Assembly (NCBI GenBank): GCA_964016885.1
Contig: OZ024744.1
Location: 68,138,001 to 68,202,000, forward strand
Length of the DNA: 64,000 nt
Source of the DNA: Eledone cirrhosa
Lineage: Eukaryota
Reading direction: 5' to 3'
Shown: piece after piece, positions 53,632 to 64,000 of the stretch
Numbering within the stretch: the stretch's first letter is position 1
How the letters are laid out: each line of letters opens with the position of its first letter
Program-made: the position numbers and the translations under genes
The notes under the pieces: model-generated
Database searches by the model: none
Told to the model about the DNA's origin: nothing
The model's input: the letters and a program-made list of their open reading frames with translations, nothing else

Positions 53632-54000
53632 AGGAAATGTATCATATGTAGAGTAACCCCCCCCCCCCCGGATAAACTGTAAAACTAGAAACGTAGTCAA
53701 TAGCATAAGATGTACAGAGGGTTCTTGCAGAAATATGACAACAACATACATAGGCGAGACAGCTCGTAGCATAGGTGAAAGGATAGACCAACTCTGGGGG
53801 AAACTAAAAGGATGAAAAAATGGTTCAGTACTATACGAACATGCCAGACAACAACACAACGGTAACATAGACAGCATAGAAGTTAGAATAATATCTAAAC
53901 ATAGAAATGACCCAGCAGATAGGCAAATCAGAGAGGCCAGCGAAATAGAACTTAGAAGGCCAAGGCTAAACAGAAAAAATGAATGGAATAACAACTACCA
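53632..54000 (+). pseudogene. Penelope-like GIY-YIG endonuclease remnant 2 (different clade; not in ORF track)
   Basis: RKCIICRV, frameshift in poly-C, then INCKTRNVVNSIRC...YIGETARSIGERI...G*KNGSVLYEH...RQIREASEI...LNRKNEW. Confidence 0.8.
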
Positions 54001-54321
54001 AACAAACAACACTGACCTAAGAGAAGTATAAATAAATAAATAAATAAATAAATACACAAGCACAATAACAACAAACACATATAAACACACACTAGTAAAC
54101 TAAGATAGAATACATTAACCAATACAGTCACCCAAACAAGAACACAATCAAACAAAACACTATACACACACGCAAACGCATGCGCAGAGAAGACAAAAAA
54201 TAAACAAATAAATAAATAAACAGACTAAATAAAGATGGCGTAAGCATACAATGCAGCGGGAGGTTTATAGGACTGGAGTATAAATAATATAAAATCAAAA
54301 GATGGTTAAAAGAGTTCCATG

Positions 54322-54392
54322 TATTTTATTATGTGCATTTCAAAAACAAATATCATCATGGGATGATATTTGCATTCTCATCAGATAAAATA
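54322..54392 (-). ncRNA. Type I hammerhead ribozyme
   Basis: Minus strand: TATTTTAT-CTGATGA-GAATGCAAATATCAT cccatg ATGATATTTGTTTTT-GAAA-TGCACA-TA-ATAAAATA; 8-bp stem I, AUA site. Confidence 0.72.
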
Positions 54393-56304
54393 GGGAGACA
54401 TGATATGAAGCTTAAAAAGCGAAGTGTTAAATCAACATATGATAAATAATATAAGATGGATATATGAGATTGGAAAAAGGAAAGGAAGGGGGAAAGAAAA
54501 GGTGAGGAATAGGAAGAAAAAATATATAGATAGAAGAAAAACAATATAATAATAAGGAAAGGATGACGGAGGAGGAGTATAAGAAGGAAGGATGAGAGAG
54601 GAGAAAATGAGTGAGAGAGAGATAACCTTTAATACTGAGAAACACTGTCTCACAGAGAAAAAAAAAAAAAATAAAATAAAATAAAATAAAAAATAATAAT
54701 AAATAAAACCGTTGTAAGATAATACATAATTTAAACAAATTAAGAAATTAAAAGTTAATGAGGTTTATGAATGGTGATGTTTATGATTAAAGAAAAAGGA
54801 ATTAAGAATACTATTTATTTAAGGTTTATATATTGAGGGGTTTAATAAGATGTGCGAAAAGGAATTTATTAAAATGTATTATTAAAATAAAATATATTAA
54901 GAAGATAAGGTGAAAGAAGATAAGGTTAAATGAATTATGAACTTAAAGGAATTAATTGGGGTCCAAGTTTGTTTCTATATATTGTAATAGGAAGAAATAA
55001 TAGATTTAATACGAGCATGGAAGGAGAGAAGAAAGAAAAATTTCAAGGGAAAAAAAATATATAACGTCAAAAAAATATGTTTACAAAATTTCTCTAATGG
55101 TAATATTAGTATATATTAAAAATAAAAATTTGTATGACCGAGAATATAAGGAAAATGCTATAGTGAGTTATAAGATGAATTAAGAAGTAATTGAGAAGTA
55201 AAAGCTGCAGATTAAAGATTAGAAATTAAAAAAGAAGAAAATTAGGGGACCGCTAACGACATAGTATGAGTAATATTGTATAATATACTGAAATAAGGCA
55301 GAAAGATGGGTATATTTGTAAACAATATAAAAGTGTTTGAGAAAAAAAATAGATTTTAAACTAATTAGGTAGTAAGATATTAGCTGTATACTTTATGGAA
55401 AGTTCTATGGCAGAGAGAAAATAAATCCGTACATCTTTTTATTATAGAATTAAAATTAGAGATAATGGTAAATTTCTCCGCTAGGTAGAGATTACATGTT
55501 CTGTAATCCCTCTAAGTTCATAATTCATTTAACCTTATCTTCTTTCACCTTATCTTCTTAAAATATTTTATTTTAATAATACATTTTAATAAATTCCTTT
55601 TTGCACATCTTATTAAACCCCTCAATATATAAACCTTAATAAATAGTATTCTTAATTCCTTTTTCTTTAATCATAAACATCACCATTCATAAACCTCATT
55701 AACTTTGAATTTCTTAATTTTTTAAATTATGTATTATCTTACAACGGTTTTTTTTTATTTATTTTTTTTATTTTTATTTTTATTTTTATTTTTATTTTTA
55801 TTTTTATTTTTATTTTTATTTTTATTTTTATTTTTATTTTTATTTTTATTTTTATTTTTATTTTTATTTTTATTTTTATTTTTATTTTTATTTTTATTTT
55901 TATTTTTATTTTTATTTTTATTTTTATTTTTATTTTTATTTTTATTTTTATTTTTATTTTTATTTTTATTTTTATTTTTATTTTAATTTTTATTTATTTA
56001 TTTATTTATTTATTTATTTTTTTCTCTGTGAGACTGTTTCTCAGTATTAAAGGTTATCTCTCTCACTCATTTTCTCCTCCTCTCTCATCCTTCCTTCTTA
56101 TACTCCTCCTCCGTCATCCTTTCCTTATTATTATATTTTTTTCTTCTATCTATATATTTTTTCATCCTCTTCCTAACCTTTTCTTTCCTCCTTCGTTTCC
56201 TTTTTCCAATCTCATATATCTCTCTTACCTTATTTTATTTTTCATATGTTGATTTAACACTTCACTGCTCGCAAGTGTTTTTTAAGTTTCATATCATGTC
56301 TCCC

Positions 56305-56375
56305 TATTTTATCTGATGAGAACGCAAATATCATCCCATGATGATATTTGTTTTTAAAATGCGTATAATAAAATA
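56305..56375 (+). ncRNA. Hammerhead copy with GAAA->AAAA (G12A), probably inactive
   Basis: TATTTTAT-CTGATGA-stem II-AAAA-TGCGTA-TA-ATAAAATA. Confidence 0.6.
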
Positions 56376-56477
56376 CTTGGAACTCTTTTAACTATCTTTT
56401 GATCTTATATTATATATATATTTATATAGCCGTCGAAATGGCGTGAGCTCTGCCGTCTGAGTCATACTTCTTCCTAT

Positions 56478-56542
<65 letters not shown>

Positions 56543-56625
56543 TCATCATACAACTCTAATAAATGTTAATAATAAAACTCCTAATAAACAAGATAAAACA
56601 CCTAAATCAATAAATCTAACTAAAA

Positions 56626-57417
56626 ATGTGCGTGGTGAGGTCATTAACATTAATCCTCCTAGTAAACATCACGATACAACCTATAAAAAATAATAAACAA
56701 CATAGAAACCGTAATAGACGAGTTACTTGGTATAATGCTCCATTTAATTTACAAATTAAGGATAATATTGCTAAAAAATTTTTTTATATCCTAGAGAAAA
56801 ACTTCCCGCCAAACCACAAATACCATCAAATCTTAAATAGGTCAACAGTTAAATTCTCATACTCAACAACCAAAAACATAAAACAAAATATAAGTGCCTA
56901 TAATGCATATAAATGTAAAAATACCATAAGTATACCACCAATACATCAAACTAACCATAATATGTCCTCAAATACAGAATTAACGAAAGGTTGTAACTGT
57001 AGAAACAAAGCAAACTGCCCATTAAAAGGAAATTGTCTTGTTAACAACATAGTTTATAAATGTAAAGTTAAAACTAAAGATTCTATTTGCTCATATATAG
57101 GAGCTACTTCTAACAATTTTAAGGTAAGGTTTAATACCCACAAACATAGTTTTAAAAATGCCGCACTGGCTAATACAACATCTCTAGCAGAAAAAATTAA
57201 TAGTTATAGAAATAAGAATATAGAATATGATATGACCTGGAATGTGCTCAAAAGAGCCACCCCTTATCAAAATAATAGAAATGAATGTAGATTATGTTCC
57301 CAAGAACTATTTGAAATAATGAAATCTAAGGATATCCTATTAAATAAGCGACAGGAATTAATTATATCGTGTAATCATAAACTGAGAAAAACATTTAAAT
57401 ATTATAAACCTAATTAA
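56626..57417 (+). mobile_element. Penelope-like element C-terminal linker plus GIY-YIG endonuclease, remnant 3
   Basis: RNRNRRVTWYNAPF...NFPPNHKYHQILNRSTVKFSYS...CNCRNKANCPLKGNCLVNNIVYKC...YIGATSNNFKVRFNTH...CRLCSQE...LNKRQELIISCNH. Confidence 0.9.
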
Positions 57418-58330
57418 TAATATATATTTTAGAAATTAATATATAATTTAATTTAAATGTAGTTAACCTATAAATTTAATTTAATTAAAATTCTACTACA
57501 GATGAGATTAAAAAATACTATGTAATCATAAATTGTGAAAAACTTTTAAATATTATTAACATAATTAATATATACTTTGTAAATTAATTTATAGATTAAT
57601 TTTAGTTTATTTAACCTTTTATTAAAATTCCTTTACAGATGAAATATAACAAAATATCGTGTAATCAATAACAGAGAAATATTTTTTAATATTATAAACC
57701 TAATTAATGTACAATTTAGAAATTTATTTATAAATTAATTTTAATTTAGTTAACCTATAATTTAAATTTAATTAGCTTAAAATTAAAATTCTAATACAGA
57801 TGGATTGCAGAATATCATGTAATCATAAACTGAGATAAATTTCTAAATATATACTTAATTAATATATTCTTTACAATTAAATAAATATATATATATATAT
57901 ATATATATTAATTTTAATTTTTGTTAACCTATAATTATATTCTACTATAGATAAAATACAAAATCTGCTTTAATTATTATAAACCTAATTAACATATACT
58001 ATAGAAATTAATATATAATTTTTAATTTAGTTAACCTATAATTTATATTCTACTACCGATGAAATACTTGATTTGGTTTTCCCTATTACTAAATTCATTT
58101 CCTAATATTGATACCATAATGTTAATATTTTTTAATTTAGTTATGCTATAATTAATACTCTACTACTGTTTAACTTCAAATTTCCGCTTCAAATATGATA
58201 AACCTAAGTAGTATACACCTTAGAAATCAATATATTAACTATTTTTAATTTAGTTAACCTATAATTAATAGTCTACTTATATTAAAATGCATAATTTTGC
58301 CTTCTTTCTTACATTTCCTAATACTGAAAC
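57350..58330. repeat. Degenerate AT-rich tandem repeat (~100-160 bp units) derived from the Penelope ORF end
   Basis: Recurring TGTAATCATAAA (~57370, 57521, 57660, 57818) and TTAATTTAGTTAACCTATAA motifs. Confidence 0.7.
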
Positions 58331-58545
58331 TACTATGTAAACACATATTATGATCTAAATGCAGATTAATATTCTATGTTCCTTGAAACCTATATTTACT
58401 ATTTCCCACTAATAATTTTAATCCCCCCCCCCTATAATTATTTGTATTTGTAAGCGTGGATGTATGTATGTGTATGTAAGTAGGTATGTATGTTTGGGTG
58501 TTTGTATCTAAGTATAAAAATACATATGTGCGCATGTAAATAAGC

Positions 58546-60090
<1,545 letters not shown>

Positions 60091-60293
60091 TTTTACTTGT
60101 TTATATATATTTTTTTTAATATATTTCTTTTTATTTCTAAATTTATAGATACATTTTATAAATAGGCAGTTCTCTGACACCCTTAGTAATTACTGACCCC
60201 CCCTTCCTACTTCTGCATCTGGATATAAAAATATATGTGGCAGTGCTTATGTGTGCGCCTTAATATCCATATAGTTATAATAATAATATATAC

Positions 60294-60348
<55 letters not shown>

Positions 60349-60740
60349 CGTGTGTATGTGTATGTTTATGTGTATATGCGCGTGTGTGTTCGTGTGTATG
60401 TGTATGTTTATGTGTATATGCGCGTGTGTGTGTGAATGTATGTATATGTGTGTATATATGAATGTATATATGTTTATATGCGTATGTGTATTTTATCTGT
60501 AGATTATAAACATACAGAGACAATAGCCCTGAATTTTTGTATTTATATACATTTTTTCGACATGCGTATGCATGTGAACATATATATTTTTATGCATATC
60601 TGTGAACGAAGTTACTTACATATATACACACATCTAACTGTATTTTCTTGATATATTTTTGTGTATTTCATTGGTCAATTTGAACTCTGTTCCCAAACAG
60701 ACCTGTAATTTTGAATTGTTGTTATTATCAATAAATATAT

Positions 60741-60894
60741 TTCATTATTTCTGAAGACGGCATATGTATGTGTTGGTATGTATATTATAATTTGATAGTT
60801 TGTATAATTTTGTATAATTTTGTACATAGATCTGTTGAATATGCATGCCAATTCTAACACATATATGTCCTAGAAACGATCGTTAAATAATGAA
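60741..60894 (+). ncRNA. Type I hammerhead ribozyme candidate with long stem II
   Basis: TTCATTATTT-CTGAAGA-C-GGCATATG...CATATATGTCC-TA-GAAA-CGATCG-TT-AAATAATGAA; perfect 10-bp stem I, palindromic stem III, GUU site. Confidence 0.68.
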
Positions 60895-61029
60895 CTTTTT
60901 TTGTTTAATATAAGGAACTGTTTCATTGTTTTATTCATTATTTTTTTAATACTTTATATATATATATATATATATATAAAATGAAACAAAGCAAGGCGTT
61001 TTTAGGTTGAGGTAAAAAGCAGTAATATT

Positions 61030-61272
61030 TATGGTGAATTGGCAGCATTGGTAGGGCGTGGAACACCACGCTTTGAAGCATAGAGTTACGGTACTTTACG
61101 TTCTGAGTTCAAATCCCGCTGAGGTTAACTTTACCTTTCTTCCTTACGGGGTCGATAAAATAAAGTACCAGTAATGCACTGGGGTCGATTTAATCGACTT
61201 TCTTCCCCCCCCCCCACACACACACCCTCAAATTACTGACCTTGTGCCTATATAACAAATTATTATTATTAT
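61030..61272 (+). mobile_element. SINE (second family), near full-length
   Basis: TGGCAGCATTGGT A-box-like, GAGTTCAAATCC B-box, GGGGTCGATAAAATAAAGTACCAG core, (ATT)n tail. Confidence 0.8.
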
Positions 61273-62034
61273 TTTTTTTTTAATTCTTAGAAGTATGATC
61301 CTTAGTGGTAGTTAAATAATATACACAAAGAGAAAAATAAAAAGCAAAAAGCAAAAATAGTTCAGAGATCACAACAGTAATTAGTTTACACATTAATTGA
61401 TATGCAATATGTAAGAACATAGTAATTGTTGTTTTCAGTCGGGTTACTTGCTCCAACAAAAAAATAAATAAATAAATAAAATGATAAGAAGTAGAGAACT
61501 TAATATATTGGATCATCAAATATGAAATTTGTAGAAATTTGTAGGAAAAAATACAAATTTCTACAAATTTCATACTTGACGCTCCAGTAGTTGACGAGTT
61601 CCGATTACTCGTGGTAAATTTAAATCCGAGAAAGAATTTTATTAAACCGACCAGTGTTTCACATCGTAAATTAGCATGTTTAATTTTTGTCCAGCGTTAG
61701 AGCGTATCTAATTATAATTATGTTACTTAATGAATTAATCATTAAAGATCTCCGTGTTGCTAGTGAGTGTTCTTTGTTTAGGGAGGTGTTTAACGAACAA
61801 ATATATTCTTACTATGGATTACGTAAGTAAAGTGGTGCTCAGATGCGTACATATCTATATACACACACACTCTCACACACACACACACACGCACGCACAC
61901 ACACACACATATATATATATATATACGTGTGCGTGTGTGAGTGTGTGTATCCCGGATTCAATCGGGGGTGGGGGGAGGGAGAGGCAGTAACTGCAGTAAG
62001 TAAGGTACTCAATACATAGCAGGGTATAAATGTT

Positions 62035-62146
62035 TAATATAGAAATGGCTTCTACAGGACTATAACTGTTTCATTCGAAGGAAATCATCAGGAAAGCCCT
62101 GATGATTTTCTTCGAATGAAACAGTTCTAGCCCTGTAGAAGCCATT

Positions 62147-62155
<9 letters not shown>
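62035..62155. repeat. Palindromic repeat element (58-bp arms, 5-nt loop)
   Basis: TAATATAGAAATGGCTTCTACAGG...TCATCAGG aaagc CCTGATGA...CCTGTAGAAGCCATTTCTATATTA; related copies at ~37840-37965 and ~46286-46365. Confidence 0.85.
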
Positions 62156-62195
<40 letters not shown>

Positions 62196-63116
62196 TATTG
62201 GTGGTCTGAAATAAGGTTGTATATATATGAATGTATGTACAGTATATTTGATAATATACTGTATGTTTAATTAAAAACATTTTGAAGACCATTCGCTATG
62301 AATTTTAAAGTAGTGGCTATGTCACATACTTGTTCTCGGCAAGAACAAAGGGGTGCAATCGACAGTCCTGTTTCTCGCTCGTTACTGGTTGTCAAGACTA
62401 CTTACCCCTTCGCTTCTGCCGAGAGTTATAGAACATGGATTCTTAGAGAATTCCAGTAATGTTTAAGAGTTGATTGAACAGAGCGGCAAAAATTATGTAT
62501 TAGTATTGGTTCTCTGAAATAGCAATATATATATATGAATGTTTAATCAGCTCTAAAACATTACTGGAATTCTATAAGAATTCATGTTCTATAACTCTTG
62601 TAAACCCACCTGTAGAAAACCAAACACTAAATGCTTGGATGATTAATGTCAAGTAGTTGAAAAACATAATAATCAGTATAAATCTAAAGAAATGACATAA
62701 CAAATAGCAAATGCATGAATAATCAAAATAGTAACATTTTTGACAAAAAAAAAAACAATCAAAAAAACATACTGTTAGGTCATGTGCAGTGAATGTCAAG
62801 CTGGGTGGAATACATTATAAAAAGTGTGCGATCTTATTCTTCATACGTACTTGATCTCAGGTTTGTTGTTGTTTACCAGATCGAGATCAAATATCAGTGA
62901 TCAGTTTCTAGGTTGCACCGAGAAGAGGTCAACAAACTTGTGCTCGCCGCTGTTCACCTGTCCACTTGATCTGAAGGACAATGACAAAAGATATGAATGA
63001 ATTGCTCGGGTAGGCAACTAACATGGTTGAACATTGTTAGTGAATTTAAGTTGTAGACATACATACATATATGATGGCTGACGCTTCGTTATCGAGTATG
63101 GGCCCAAATTAATAGC

Positions 63117-63187
63117 CTCCCCGGCGGGGAATCGAACCCCAGTCTCCCGCGTGACAGGCGGGGATACTTCCACTATACTACTGAGGA
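63117..63187 (-). tRNA. trnD-GTC: tRNA-Asp(GTC)-like sequence (probably SINE head or pseudogene)
   Basis: TCCTCAGTAGTATAGTGGAAGTATCCCCGCCT-GTC-ACGCGGGAGACTGGGGTTCGATTCCCCGCCGGGGAG. Matches the metazoan tRNA-Asp pattern, with an A6:C acceptor mismatch, a shortened D-loop and no T4 terminator directly downstream. Confidence 0.85.
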
Positions 63188-63194
63188 TGAGCCA

Positions 63195-63858
63195 CATACA
63201 TACATACATACATACATACATACATACATACATACATACATACATGGTGGCTGCCAACTCGTTTTCGAGTACGGCCACTACTTTATATCCATGTAGGAGA
63301 ACCCCTACCGATGCGCTGAACGAGTGTGACTTTTTAGTCCAGCCAGCGACTTGAAAACTCTGGTACAAACACTACACCTGTGACAATTATTGACACATAG
63401 TGCTGGGCCCATGGTACCCTGTGACGACAAGTGCAGAGAGATCTCCAGATATAAAGCAATGCCTGTGCCGTGAAGCTTTTATAGTGAGCAAAGGCACTGC
63501 ACAAAGCCAGTCCCACTCTCCTAACCAAGATAATATTTACCAAAAAGAAGAACAAGTCAACATCATTGGATACCATCAGGGTTGCAGGTGTTATATCAGA
63601 GTTTTCCTTCTCCTAGAATTCTGCCTTGACAAAGGCTAAGGGGTCATCTCTCCCAGTGATTTTGGATGGCCATTGACTCTAAAGAGGTCCTTTGCCCTTT
63701 GACAGGTTTGTTTTTAGTCCTGCAGGATGTCCAAAGTCACCCTCCTCACCAAGAAACCTTGGTGGGGTTGCCAGTTTAGTCGCCAACGACCCGACCATGG
63801 GACAGGTTGTACTGGGATACATGTTACCAGTAGCACCAACTGGTGACCTGACACAATG
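63195..63858 (-). mobile_element. Non-autonomous RTE-derived short retroelement with (TATG)n tail
   Basis: Minus strand has the RTE 5'UTR-like CTAGGAGAAGGAAAACTCTGA and a 3' tail ...GGCCGTACTCGAAAACGAGTTGGCAGCCACC(ATGT)n. A near-identical tail of a further copy is at ~63935-64000. Confidence 0.6.
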
Positions 63859-64000
63859 ATACATACATACATACATACATACATACATACATACATACAT
63901 ACATACATACATACATAATTACATGCATACATACATGGTGGCTGCCAACTCGTTTTCGAGTACGGCCACTACTTTATATCCATGTAGGAGAACCCCCACT

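Larger units (their letters stand above)
54284..56413. repeat. Large inverted repeat (arms ~54284-54950 and ~55507-56413), inverted pLTR-like
   Basis: Arms are close reverse complements; the right arm carries an expanded (TTTTTA)n at ~55760-56020. Confidence 0.9.

Overview
AT-rich, microsatellite-dense animal genomic DNA. The SINE, RTE and piggyBac repeat content suggests an octopus or other coleoid cephalopod (inference). One host gene is supported: a minus-strand SLC6 Na+/Cl--dependent amino-acid (glycine/ATB0,+-like) transporter. Eight GT-AG exons (36103 to 17073) splice in frame to 401 codons covering TM1 to mid-TM8; I could not find the remaining exons in the window. The rest is transposon-derived: a near full-length CR1-type LINE, RTE LINE copies, a TTAA-flanked internally deleted piggyBac with matching MITEs, an LTR-less Gypsy internal region, a hAT remnant, three Penelope-type GIY-YIG remnants, many tRNA-derived SINEs, and a 200-N gap. 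The most interesting signal is invisible in the ORF track: several type I hammerhead ribozyme motifs, mostly at 51-61 kb around the Penelope remnants. Most have their own palindromic stem III and an extended stem II, and one pair sits at the outer ends of a large inverted repeat. There is also a near-intact tRNA-Asp fused to an RTE-like 3' tail, apparently a young SINE. All calls were made by eye; no searches or folding were run.
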